Shown here in pieces: positions 25,280-37,082 of a stretch of 64,000 nt of DNA. A program made the position numbers and the translations under genes. Below the pieces are notes generated by a model, which saw nothing but the letters and a program-made list of their open reading frames with translations, was not told the origin of the DNA and made no database searches. Position 1 is the stretch's first letter. Each line of letters begins with the position of its first letter. This stretch comes from Nitrospirales bacterium (lineage in GTDB: Bacteria > Nitrospirota > Nitrospiria > Nitrospirales > UBA8639): the NCBI GenBank assembly GCA_965203295.1, contig CBDBCZ010000009.1, positions 224,001-288,000 of the forward strand, given 5' to 3'.

Positions 25280-26622
25280 GTCAGTGGGCGTGGCTCGTAT
25301 TCAACACGGACATCTTGAACTTGACTTGGAATCAAGAGATCAACTTGTTTGTTCACAGAGTACATGCGCTCTCTGTTCAAGGTCCCATGATAGTCATGGG
25401 TACTTGTCACTACTGCTGGTATTCTGGCCTACTCTTAACGTGGGTACAGATGGGACCAACTGCCGTATTGTATTACGTTATACAGAAACACAAATGAAAG
25501 ACACGAGTGGAAATGCGTATTACTATTAGCTAGCCAGATATAGCCATGTGTGTATAAAGCACATCAGTGGCTAGTCTTAAGATGTCTTTACATGTTTCAC
25601 ATCTGCCTGTCTGTCTTTTTATGCATCCGCACTTACCCCATGTGGAATATTATGTCATACTTTCATTTTTATTATGTAACTGCAGTCAACTAGTGGAGGT
25701 AATGAGGCATTACGTTGATTAGGTTTGAGATACTAATAATAAACTCCACATCATGTGTATATTATAGCCTTTGTAATCACATGCACCAACTATCAGTGGT
25801 TAAGTCTTCTGTTCGTTTGTGTGTCTGACATGGACGTGATGGTGACTAATGTATATTTGTACAAGATCAATAATACACAAGAAGAGTTATATACATTTCA
25901 AGCGGGCAGCTCACCTATAACCCCAACTATGACCTATATAGTCTCAGACGGAGACCTTCAGTATAAAATACTGCACATGATTGATATACAAAATGTCATG
26001 ACTGATGCACAATGCATGCGTAGAATCACACGGCGATTTGCACCTTCCCGCGGCTTTACGCGTATCACTCAGGAGGCGTTTGGAGCTGCAGATTGTTTGA
26101 AAGATGTAGGGATGGTAGCTACGCATTGCGCTGTGATGGTGTGGGTAGGATGTGCATGTATTGCGGTGTGCATTGTTGCTTGTTTCATTGGTTTTTGGGG
26201 AAGAGTATTTTGGTGGAAGTGGATCCCTACATGGCTAGTTTTTGCACTTTTTGGCAAAGTGCTTTTTCTGTAACTTTACATTATTTACTGTGGCTGGAGG
26301 TTGGAAAAGTGCATGTGATGGCTTTTTGCTTGACTATGTGTATGTTGAGGTACGTATATACTACTGGAGCTTGATGTCGGGAAAACACTGATTCAGGTGA
26401 TGGCTTTTCTGCTTACTGGAAGCATGGATCTGTAGAAGTAGATGAAATAAGCTCATATTACGTAAAACACCTTCTGAAAACAAAAATAGGGACCCTGTGC
26501 AGGAGACAAAAATCATCTCTGACGTAAGTACATGACTACATGTACATGTACATAAAAAACAATTTCTGACTATAAAAATAGGAGGGATCATGTGCGGGAC
26601 AATACCATCTCTGTTGTAAGTA

Positions 26623-27548
26623 TAGTGTGTCTCAAAAGTCCTTGATCAAAACTCGCGAGTACATGCTCGTTGTCGAAGGCATTACGAGCAAGTGCAAGTT
26701 TCAATAGTGTCGCGTTAGACGCTTTACTCGCATGTGCGTGGATGCGCTACTGCTTATTAGCGCTCGCTAGTGTTGCAAATTATATACTATATATGCCCGA
26801 TTAAGCAGACAAAATTTGAGTGGACAAAAAGGCGAGAATTGAGCGGACAAAAAAGTGAGAATACGCGCTGTTACGCATACACACAAAATACGCTTAGAGA
26901 TGGTATGTATTGTTTATGTAGCCATGCATGTATGTAATCGACTTATAAGTATTTTCCAAACTATAATTGGCATTTACATCTCTCATCCTCTGAAAATACA
27001 GCCTTAATTGACAAGTTTTGCAGCGAAATTCTTCCTGGAATTAGCATTTCGCTTTATTACAAGGATTTCTGCGTCCAGCAGTATCTCCCGCCCATCCCAC
27101 CTTTTTAGAGGAGTTGCCTTCATACCGTACACAATATTGATCGTGAAGCTTTGCAGTGGTGGTAGTCGCGGCAGTCTCAACAACAGTAGCTGACAGTGGT
27201 TCGTCTACGCCTGTCCTACCGCATGAAGACTTGGAGCCTTCCATGGGCCCAAGCGGGAGCGATGTCATACCTCACCCCTGCTGTCGAGACCAGAGAAACA
27301 GCAACTAGCAAACAGCAACTAGCACAATGTAGTTCCACGTGGCACGTACTCGTGACAAGTGCGCGCGCGTCGTGAACTCATGGAGTGCGCGACGCAAACT
27401 TTTCGCCACAAATGCCACAAACACGTACACTTCGCAAACGGTTCGCAACTAATTAATGCCACGAACGCTTCACGTCACTCTTCGCGACAAGAGGGCATTC
27501 GCGAACACTTCGTGAGCATCTCACAAAGTTTTTTTTTGCAACATACTG
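26623..27548 (-). mobile_element. Tc1-like non-autonomous element carrying a BEN-like fragment
   Basis: Right end CAGTATGTTGCAAAAAAA (minus) with TA; weakly matching left end; internal AEILVIKRNANSRKNFAAKLV..VFSEDER. Confidence 0.45.
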
Positions 27549-30250
27549 TATTTGTTTCCATTCCGGCAACAGCCATATTTCCCAAACACTCAACAAACTG
27601 ATATAGACTTTTTATCACTATTTTTTTCATAATTTCGTAGCAGACGGTAAGGCACAAACCCACAGGCATAGCGCATGGCATTTGCTTTCTCTTTCAATAT
27701 GACAGTACTTTGTCTAGTGGTACTACATTTCATGTTCAATGAACAAGGACTCCAGAAGATGCTGATTTACGCTTTGCAGCAGCAGTGGGTTCACATGAGG
27801 TAGATCTTCAGCTTTCAAAAAATCATACCAAAGCTGCGGCAGGGTAGAAATTCTTAGTTGATGAAACTGTGACCACACCTTCACCCTCTTGGTACGATGT
27901 AGTGGATTTACTAGAACTGCTAAAAGTAGACTTCAAGATGGTTAAAAGTCGTTCACTGAAACTAATACTTGTACTGTTTTCCCCCTTCATCACTTCCAGA
28001 AGCTTTTCACCTATCCCGTTGGATAACTTTTGGCACTCTCACCTTCAATAAATAAGTCCTGCCTTGCCAAGACTTTCGCCATTGCGAATAGATACTAAAA
28101 AAGTCATGGATTCTCTTTGCAGTTCGCGCCAGTCTCGCGCGCCGCTACAGCGGTGATGTCATTATAAGCTACCATAATGCTGATCAGAAGGGTTAAATTA
28201 CTGTTTCCAATCCCGTTTTGGTTATTGTATCTATTCTATAACCGGTAATACGGCACGGTAGCCATGGCTGCCGATCGAGATAAGTGTCCAAAACTGCCTG
28301 AAGACATCGTAAGTTTGATTTGTCGCCGCTTGTGTAGCTGCCCAAGGTTGTATCAACTTCCTCAGTCCTTGGTAGGCTTCACGATGTCTTCAAATGACCG
28401 TGAAATCCGGGATGGTCGACAAAGTCAGCTGTGTTCAGCTTGTTACTTGTATTAACAGTTTTGTGTATGCTTGTTAAGCTTATTTGAAGTTTTATGGAGT
28501 TTATTTAACTTCTCAACAGAACAGGTACGGGTACAGAAACAAACAGTGCAAGAAGTGGAAGAGTCCCCGGGATCCGCAGGCTCAGTCTAGTCTCGTGCCC
28601 AGACACCCATGCTCTTCCGGTGAATAGGTGTCTGGTAGCTTGAGTTAAATTTCTTGTCACAGAGGCGTGTCCTGCGAACGCGAGAGCGTTAATAATTGAA
28701 AAGCGTTTGTACGCGAAGAATGCAATCGCATCATCAGCGGTCCCTAGGATGAGCGTTCCTTGTTGTGCTATTTGCAAGGAGTCTGTACCTTCGTGTAAGC
28801 AGCGACGTTCCCTAAACCCTGAAGCTTCAGCTGACAATAAGAGAGTGGTTGACTTTTTTGTCTCATTTGTCAATCCGGATCTTCAACCTGCCGCTCCGAC
28901 GGTAGATGGCGTAGTACAGTACCTGTACTGCTGTAAGGCATGCTTTTCGAAAGCAGAAAGGGCCGAAAAGTCGCTAGCAGCTGCGCAAAGGATGCCAAAT
29001 GAGCTGCGAAGCAAGTTTCCCCTACCGCCTGTGTCTCAATTATTGCCCACTGTGCATGTGGGCATGGATGAGCAAACGCCTCGAAGTAAGCCCAGTGAAC
29101 CCGAAGAGCCTGCTGTTACACCAGGCAGTTCTCGCCGTGCTAAGAGGAGCAGGATCCAGGATAGCTATGTACAGGGACCGCAGGCAAAGAAGAAAAGGTA
29201 TTGCAGCCGAGAGACTTTGCAGTTTTCACCTCGGCCTGGGCCTTCTCAGCAGGTTCTTGCAAGCCCTCGTGTTCAGGTAATTAAATTCTCATCCTTCTGT
29301 GCAACTAGCATGATGTTTACTTTTTTTGTTGCAGGTTACTGTCTCAGGGGCCAATCGACCGCTACCTTTTCAAGTTCCGAGCAAGTTCAAGAGATTGGTG
29401 CAGTCAACTCGGTATAAGAAGAGTCCATATACAGCACGTACAGCTATGCGAACGCCAGGCCGCCATCTGCGAGTTCTAAAAGGATTACCAAGAAGATCAC
29501 GAAGGAGAGTGCCAAAATTAGTTCTAGGAAGCATAACAGCTATCTGAGACTGTCCCTCGAGAAACTTAAGAGTTTCAGTTGGAAGTCGTGGGAATGTGAG
29601 TTGAAAGAACATGCTCCCACACTCTTTTCCGTACTCAAAGCTGTTTGCTCATCCCGATCTTCGGAAAATAATTCAAGGATTGTTGGAATGGCAGCTGCAG
29701 TTTTGTTGAAAGGTCGAAACAAACATCTCACTTTGCCTCAGGGTGTCATATCCACTATCATGTATGCTGGACACAGCTCCAAGATGGTGAGCAAATATGT
29801 ATTAGTCTCTTACTCCTGCTAAATATTACTGGTTCCAATTGGGCTGTCTGGAATGGTGGAATGGAGTAGTGCTAATTACTGAAGCATACAAAAGCACAGC
29901 AGGGAGAAAAAGTTTTCTGCCAGATTTATGTACCAATCTATAGAGATGCAGGACATGTGAAAAAGTTTATTTGCTACTCTAGGGCTCAGGCTCACCCCAG
30001 TGTCGCTTTTAATGCACAAATACAGGTCACTCAATCATCCATCCCATTATTCTCGTTTTGGATTCCAGACAACTCAAATAGTTTGTTTGGGCTAGATATT
30101 ATTGTTCTATTTTATTCACCCATAATAGGCATTGAAGAAATTGAATAAACTTGGTTTGTGTCTTAGCCACTGCAAGACTACTAGACTTATTCGAGAGCTT
30201 GGTGATGGTTATGATAACCATGCACTGGAGTGGAAGGAGAGTGCCGAAGT

Positions 30251-31008
30251 CAGGAGCCGTGAGCGCCATCGAAGGTCCAGGAGCCACGAGCGCCATCGAA
30301 GGTCCAGGAGCCGCGAGCACCATCGAAGGTCCAGGAGCCGCGAACACCATCGAAGGTCCAGGAGCCGCGAACACCGTCAAAGGTCCAGGAGCCGCGAACA
30401 CCGTCGAAGGTCCAGGAGCCGCGAACACCGTCGAAGGTCCAGGAGCCACGAGAGCAGTCGAAGGTCCAGGAGCCGCGAACACCGTCGAAGGTCCAGGAGC
30501 CGCGAACACCGTCGAAGGTCCAGGAGCTGCGAACACCGTCGAAGGTCCAGGAGCCGCGAACACCATCGAGCCGCGAACACCGTCGAAGGTCCAGGAGCCA
30601 CGAGCGCCATCCAAGGTCCAGGAGCTGCGAACACCGTCGAAGGTCCAGGAGCCGCGAACACCGTCGAAGGTCCAGGAGCCGCGAACACCGTCGAAGGTCC
30701 AGAAGCCGCGAACACCGTCGAAGGTCCAGGAGCCACGAGAGCAGTCGAAGGTCCAGGAGCCGCGAACACCGTCGAAGGTCCAGGAGCCGCGAACACCGTC
30801 GAAGGTCCAGGAGCCGCGAACACCATCGAAGGTCCAGGAGCCGCGAACACCATCGAAGGTCCAGGAGCCGCGAACACCGTCGAAGGTCCAGGAGCCGCGA
30901 ACACCATCGAAGGTCCAGGAGCCGCGAACACCGTCGAAGGTCCAGGAGCCGCGAACACCGTCGAAGGTCCAGGAGCCGCGAACACCGTTGAAGGTCCAGG
31001 AGCCGCGA
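30251..31008. repeat. 27-bp minisatellite (GAAGGTCCAGGAGCCGCGAACACCGTC)n
   Basis: About 28 tandem units, one truncated unit near 30568. Confidence 0.97.
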
Positions 31009-31462
31009 GTGTGAAGGATTGGGGAACTCGAGCACCAGCAGTGACGAGAGCCAGGAGACCCAGAGTGAAAAGAGTACAACTAGTTCAAGGAGCCAGACTA
31101 GCCAAGAAACTCTGGAGAGCCAGGAGGAAAACAGGATTTCACCGTCACAATCTGGTGTGTTAACTTTCCATAAGCAAAAATTGGTATAGTATTTCATGGA
31201 CAACATGTTATATTGATGTAAAACTATTCTTACTAAGTCACAATTTTTTTTTCAGGTCAGGAATGTGGCAGGCAAGCTCAGCCAGCTCAAGTTCCATCCT
31301 ACATTGTGATAGGGGATAATATCGACAAGAGCATTAACCCTCTCTTCTAGGACGGGTAGTCATCAAGAAGTTGCCATTCTTTCTGAAGTTCAAAGACTGT
31401 ATAGTCGAACACATTGTGCATGAGCATTCAGCTGAAATGAAGGAAAAGTCTACTGTGGTAAG

Positions 31463-33720
31463 TAGTGCTGCAACGAATGTTCGAACGTTCGAAGGTAACG
31501 CTAGGTTTAACCACCTTCGGAGGCTAATTTGTACCTTCGAACCTTTGCTGCCACACCCTCGAATGATTGCGCATGCGCAGCACGAGCGCAGATCCACGAG
31601 GCTAGCTATGGCGAGTTCTGCGTGTGGTTCTAGTTCTAGTGGAGGTGATGGTAGCGGTAGCCGTAGCAGTAGCGGTAGCAGTAGCGGTAGCAGTAGCGGT
31701 AGGGTGCCTTCAGATGTTTGGAAGTTTTTTGAGAAGCAAAAGGAGACCAAGAAAGCCAAGTGCACCTTGTGTTGTAAGGAACTTGCGTTCCATGGAGGGA
31801 CCTCGAACTTGCGAGATCATTTGCTGAAGGTTCACCCTCTGTCATACCGCAAACCTGAAACCAGGTCCAGGGTACAACTTGGAGCTCTCGACAGCTTTGT
31901 TAAGCCGAGGCAGTGCTCCGAAGCACGCTCGAGGGAGATAACGCAGCGCATAGCACACATGCTAGCCCTCGACTTGAGGCCACTGCGCACAGTGGAGTGT
32001 GATGGGTTCCGTGAGCTGATGGCCTACCTTGAACCTGGCTACAAGGTTCCGAGCCGACCCCATGTTACTTCAGTTCTTCGCCATAAGCACGATCTCGGGA
32101 AGGAGCAGCTTCGAAAAAAATTGCAGGACGAGGCCACCTCGATCGCGCTTACCACCGATATCTGGACAAGCGCTGCCACAGAGGCGTACATAACGGTGTC
32201 GGCCCACTACATCCCCTCTACCTGGAAGTGCTGCTCTTGTGTTCTGGAGACAAAGCCCTTCCCAGAGCGACATACTGGCCAGGCAATCGCGGACAAACTT
32301 GTGGAAATTGCAACGGCCTTCGCGATTGACGAGAAAGTGTCAGCCATTGTCCACGACCAGGCCGCCAATATGGAGCTCTCACTCCAGATCCTAAACAGCA
32401 GCAAAGGGTGGGAGAGTCTTCGCTGCAATGCCCACTGTCTCCAACTCTGCCTCAAAGCTGGACTTTCGAGCAATGGCATCTCCAGGCTACTCGGGGCAGG
32501 TCGAAAACTTGTTGGCCATTTTAAGCATAGCGTTGTAGCAACTGAGGAGCTCAAGAGGCGCCAAGTGCAAATGGAGACTGGCAGCAAGAAGCTCATTCAG
32601 GACTGTGCTACTCGTTGGAACTCGAGTTTCTACATGTTGGAGCGCCTGGTGGAGATGCGCTGGCCGATATCAGCTGTCCTTTCCGATGAGAGTGTAACAA
32701 AGAGAAGCGATCGCTCACTTGATCTGAAGAGTGAACAGTGGACGCTAGCAGAAGAGTTAGTCAAGATCCTGAGGCCCTTTGAGGTGGCAACTACATTCTT
32801 TAGCTACGAGGAAAATTCTTCCCTCTCATGCATCCTCCCTGTGATCTTTGGCTTAGTAGAAAAGCTGAAGGAAAGCAGTGAGGATTGTCCAGCAATTCGT
32901 CAGTTTAAGCAGCTGATGATAGCAGACATGAAACAACGGTGGGAACTGGAGTCTCTGGACACCTCTAGCTGCTTAGTGATGGCTGCTGCACTAGATCCTC
33001 GATTTAAGCAGCTAAAATTCCTCAATGAGTTTCAAATTCAAGCTGTGAAAAGTGAAATCACAGAGAGGATGGACTCCTTTTCAAGACCAGCAGAGCCATC
33101 TTCCACCGGCTCCACTGATGGACCACCAGTGAAGAAGCGGAAGACAGCCCTAGACATACTACTGGGGGAAGATGATGCTTCCAGTTCACATGTGAGCACA
33201 ACAGAGGAGTTGAACCAGTATATGGGAGAGAAGCCTCTGCAAAGAGACTCAGCACCCCTGGATTGGTGGAAGGATAACGCTCATAGATACCCACGACTTG
33301 CCTCAGTTGCTCAGGGGGTTCTTGCTATCCCAGCAACATCCACTCCATCAGAAAGGATTTTTTCAACTGCCGGACTTACCGTTACTAAGCTGCGGAGCTG
33401 TATTAAACCTGAAAATGTAGATTCTCTCATTTTTCTCAACCATAATTTAAAGTTTTTGTCTACACAGTAATATTTTGTGAGCATGCAGCTTACATCTTCG
33501 AGACTTTTTATTATACCTGCTGCTATTTCTGTTTTGTATGTGCCTGCAGCTAACTTTTGAGACCTGCTCTACATGTATAATAACAGTTCCGCCCCTTGCA
33601 GTGTAATGTAAACTATTGCAAAGGTGTATGTAGTGTAAACTAAGGTGCGAAGGTTCGAACACTTCGAAGGTTTCTCAACGAAGGTTCGAAGGTTAATTAA
33701 TAACATTCGTTGCAGCACTA
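31463..33720 (+). mobile_element. Complete hAT (Ac-like) transposon, 2258 bp
   Basis: Perfect 19-bp TIR TAGTGCTGCAACGAATGTT; 8-bp TSD GTGGTAAG at 31455-31462 and 33721-33728; subterminal TTCGAA repeats. Confidence 0.97.
31608..33470 (+). CDS. hAT transposase (ZBED1-like), intact, 620 aa
   Basis: BED finger (VWKFF..CTLC..HLLKVH), LTTDIWTS, VHDQAANM, RCNAHCLQL, TRWNS, dimerisation domain PATSTPSERIFS; no stops. Confidence 0.95.
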   Translation: MASSACGSSSSGGDGSGSRSSSGSSSGSSSGRVPSDVWKFFEKQKETKKAKCTLCCKELAFHGGTSNLRDHLLKVHPLSYRKPETRSRVQLGALDSFVKPRQCSEARSREITQRIAHMLALDLRPLRTVECDGFRELMAYLEPGYKVPSRPHVTSVLRHKHDLGKEQLRKKLQDEATSIALTTDIWTSAATEAYITVSAHYIPSTWKCCSCVLETKPFPERHTGQAIADKLVEIATAFAIDEKVSAIVHDQAANMELSLQILNSSKGWESLRCNAHCLQLCLKAGLSSNGISRLLGAGRKLVGHFKHSVVATEELKRRQVQMETGSKKLIQDCATRWNSSFYMLERLVEMRWPISAVLSDESVTKRSDRSLDLKSEQWTLAEELVKILRPFEVATTFFSYEENSSLSCILPVIFGLVEKLKESSEDCPAIRQFKQLMIADMKQRWELESLDTSSCLVMAAALDPRFKQLKFLNEFQIQAVKSEITERMDSFSRPAEPSSTGSTDGPPVKKRKTALDILLGEDDASSSHVSTTEELNQYMGEKPLQRDSAPLDWWKDNAHRYPRLASVAQGVLAIPATSTPSERIFSTAGLTVTKLRSCIKPENVDSLIFLNHNLKFLSTQ

Positions 33721-34874
33721 GTGGTAAGTGTATCTTATAGGTAGCTGTGCGTTCCTAATAGGAATCCTTTTAACATCCAATTTTATTTTTTAACCGATAG
33801 GTTCCCCTGGGAATAATCACCAAAAATGAAATAAAAATGGAAAACATGATCGAAATCATGAAGGAGCTACACAGATATGTACCAACCAAATAGGGTGATG
33901 GTGTTTCTGGGATGCAGCAGATATGCTTCGGTGGAGACCAGCTAACGGTGGCTAGGGCACGTAAGGGTGTAGCAGTGCAAGCAAACTCCCGAGATCCCTC
34001 ATCAGCCCTTCGTGGGCTCGTTCCTGCTGCAGCTGACTGGCACACTAAAGTCAATTTCATGTCTGTAAGTTGCTAAAACCTACTGAGATGCGACATCCTA
34101 AGTTATCTGTGTAGCCACATTGATAAGGCTCTTATAGAGCCACCTGGCTGGAATTAACACATAATCAGCAGCTCTATAAGAATGTGGAACGGAGAGAATA
34201 GCTGCTTAGACATCTGTTGTGTTGAATGCATACTTATGTTCAGTAAACCTAAAAAAAAATAAAAATTGCCAACCTAATTTCAAAGGGAAAGGTGAAATAC
34301 CAGCAAGGAGGCCTCCTCCCCCCCCTCATGAAATCCTAAATAATAACCTATGCCTTGACAAATTCAATCCTTTTCAGATCATGTGGAAACGCCTGTATAA
34401 GTCTGGCTCCAGCAAAGAGGGTGGCACTCTGCTCCAGCTAAGGAATCGAATCAATCGTAGAAATGTGAGTGATGCACAGGATATCACGAAGCATGTCAAT
34501 GAAATTGAAGATTTCTTGGAGCTGGTGGTGAACTGTCATCTCATAGCTGCAGCAATGCATTTCTTTAGCATGGCCACCACCTCAGATGAGCCACATAGCA
34601 ATGGTTTCCCATCCAACATTGCTGAAATGGAACAACATCGTCGCCAAAAGATCCTATTTGAAAGATTAGGAAGAATTGTCGATGAGTACATAGTTCCTCG
34701 AGAATTCAACTCTGAAAGCAGCCAACCTGAACCTGCCCGAACTAGTGCTACAAATCCACACTTAACCCGAATTAGCACCAAGCACCAGTACACCGCACTG
34801 CCTACCCAGCAGCCCCGTCATCGCCATCTGCCAACATCTGTTATATCTGCTGCTCCGCGCTCTCATGCCAGTCC

Positions 34875-34958
34875 TGCAGCTTTGTCAGGCTCTTGTTCAA
34901 CATCAGCGCTTCACTGAGAGCTCTTGCTCCGGCATCAGATATCCGGTTGCCAGCGAGC
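34875..34958 (-). pseudogene. Single RI-type (NLRC3-like) leucine-rich-repeat exon captured inside AcademH
   Basis: tttctttacAG|LAGNRISDAGARALSEALMLNKSLTKL; exactly 84 nt; donor site missing. Confidence 0.8.
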
Positions 34959-35590
34959 CTGTAAAGAAACACAAACAGCAATTCTGCGTATAGCCAGGGA
35001 TCGAGGCTTAAGTTTTGGATCGGGTTTCAGACCTTATTGCTCATAAAAATCGGATCATAACTGACATGGAGCCGCACTATTAATACAAGAGGGGGACTTG
35101 GCCATAATATTCCGACAGATCTCCACATGGAGCACCTACACCGTAACGTGAAGGACTATGTTGCAAATTTGGGTGCAAACATTGCTGAAAACACAATCGT
35201 GCAATGTGGGAAAAGCCTGGCTGGCATAATGACGGTATGTGATAGATTTGACTCTGAGAATGGTGTATGCCCAACTAGTCAGTCGCACACAAGATCAAGT
35301 GTAACTACAGATGAGAAGATGATAATGGAACTGACTGAAACTTCTCGTGTCTTTGATTATGTCCCAGGTCAATCACACAATACCTTTAAATAAATTCAGC
35401 CTAATGTCGTGCCGAATATAGATAAAAAGAAATTAATCGTCTGGATTGAAGATCAGAAGAAGCATCTGGTGAAGGAGCAACTTTTCGCTAAAGTTTATGG
35501 GCACAAGATCTAATTTCTATCTATAATTCACACACTGTCTGTGTGAACATGCACATGGCACACACACACACACATCTGTACATATTAATT

Positions 35591-36320
35591 ACTAGTTGTA
35601 CGCAAGCGCAGGGCCTCGCGCACATGCAGTAGCAATTACTGCATGTGTATTGTATCTACACAGTATGGACAAGTACAATATTATGTTGCGTAATTTAAAT
35701 TTAGCGAATGCAATGCATGAGTATAGAAGGCACCATGTAAGTTCTTGTTACCGTAGCCATAGTATTATCTGTGTCGTAGCCATACAGTAGTACCTTTGCG
35801 TCTCAGTCTCTCGCTGGCGTCTCTCTCGGGCGCGCTTCCTGAGGGCCTGCAATCGTGCAGATCTTCGCGGTCGCAGTTCTTCTCGTCTGCTGGCTGCCAT
35901 GCGCTGCCGCTGTCTACTCCGACGAAGTGCGGCGGGTCGGCGACCGATGCCGATGGTGGCATGCCGGGGTAGCTTTTTCTCTCTGGCGCTGTTTGCGCTT
36001 GCGGGCTAGCCGTCTCGCTCGATCTGCCGGACTTTCTGCACTGTCTGACATCTTGCCGAATAGTAATCTTTAACAAAGACTTTGGGTGGGCCGGTCGTGC
36101 GCATACATTTACGGAGCGAACAAAGAGCATTGTGCTTGGAGCAATGCATCCGGGCGGGCCGGTCGTGCGCATACATTTATGGGGCGTAAGCAGAGAATCA
36201 ATTGCATTCCTAAGCGTGACGGAAGTTGCGCACATACATATATATATATATACATACGCTAGCTGAGATTTTAGCCCACACTGCAAGATTAGTTGCCTCG
36301 CGCTAAGGCGCTCGGCAATG
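35591..36320 (-). mobile_element. Helitron/HINE-like non-autonomous element
   Basis: Minus strand: 5' hairpin TTGCCGAGCGCCTTAGCGCGAGGCAA, AT microsatellite, 3' end CTAGT. Confidence 0.55.
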
Positions 36321-36387
36321 ATGTTAGTGCATGCATGTATGTACTTAATTGTATTCAAAAGTTTATATTAATTATCAAGAATTCAAT

Positions 36388-37082
36388 TTAATTAGCAGAC
36401 TTGATAATGTCATAAATACTACATGCATGTGATTCAGACACAACACCTAGACTAGTTACATCTGCAATGGACTTGATGCTGTCCTTGTTCTTAACAACAT
36501 CACAGATGACAGCATCTAGTAATCCAGTGGTAATTTCTTCTCCAAATAGTAAAGGGAGTTTATGGCCACGCTCATCTGTAAGTTTGCACAATTCGTTACG
36601 ATAGTCAAGTAATGCCTTGTGCAATTGAGTGTTCTTTCCCTTTTTTACTTCCTGTACTGGGGAGCTTGGACAAGTAGTCAAGGTATCATCTTGTTCAATA
36701 ATCTCAGACATTTCAGATTCGGTGAAAGACAGGTTGGGTCTGCACTCGGTACACATACACTCTCGCTGGCAAATGTCACAACACTTGTGAATCGGCTCAG
36801 GACAGATGACAGTGTCAGGGGCGGCAAATTCTTTCATAAGCAGCTTTCTCCTGCAAAATCCCGAATTTCTACAGTAGAGTTTCATAGTGTCAGATATGCG
36901 GCTACCTTTGGAAACATCGCTCTTCCGAAAATATAAAACAGAATCCATACCATCACGGCCACATCGACCACTTTCTTGCACAAACGCTTGAATACTCTCT
37001 GATGGCCCCCAGTGGATCGATTGGTGAATATCGGGTGCGTCAAGCCCCATGCCAAAAGCTATCGTAGCTACAACAATACGAA
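36388..37082 (-). pseudogene. RecQ-like SF2 helicase C-terminal half (AcademH helicase)
   Basis: RIVVATIAFGMGLDAPDI..IHWG..FVQESGRCGRDG..YC..CRRKLL..CCDIC; N-terminal lobe replaced by unrelated sequence. Confidence 0.88.

Larger units (their letters stand above)
28749..35513 (+). pseudogene. AcademH (DUF6589-type) transposase, multi-exon and disrupted
   Basis: N-terminal CxxC..CxxC; LNKLGLCLSH; IGDNIDK; FGGDQLTVARAR; ADWHTK; GTLLQLRNRINRRNV; GHNIPTDLHMEHL; stops, deletions and insertions. Confidence 0.8.
28588..37082 (+). mobile_element. AcademH-type DNA transposon (transposase + convergent RecQ-like helicase), right end missing
   Basis: Begins TAGTCTCGTGCCCAGAC (Academ-like terminus); DUF6589-type transposase on + and SF2 helicase on -. 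Confidence 0.75.

Noticed and set aside
25755..26273. 172-aa ORF with a hydrophobic tail
   Set aside because: No recognisable motif, non-ATG start, not RPA2 sequence
30099..31206. SR-rich splicing factor or LRR protein suggested by the ORF translations
   Set aside because: All frames are open only because of the 27-bp minisatellite
31371..31607. N-terminal extension of the 699-aa hAT ORF
   Set aside because: Crosses the TIR/TSD; the first part is AcademH exon sequence in frame by chance, and the probable start is ATG 31608
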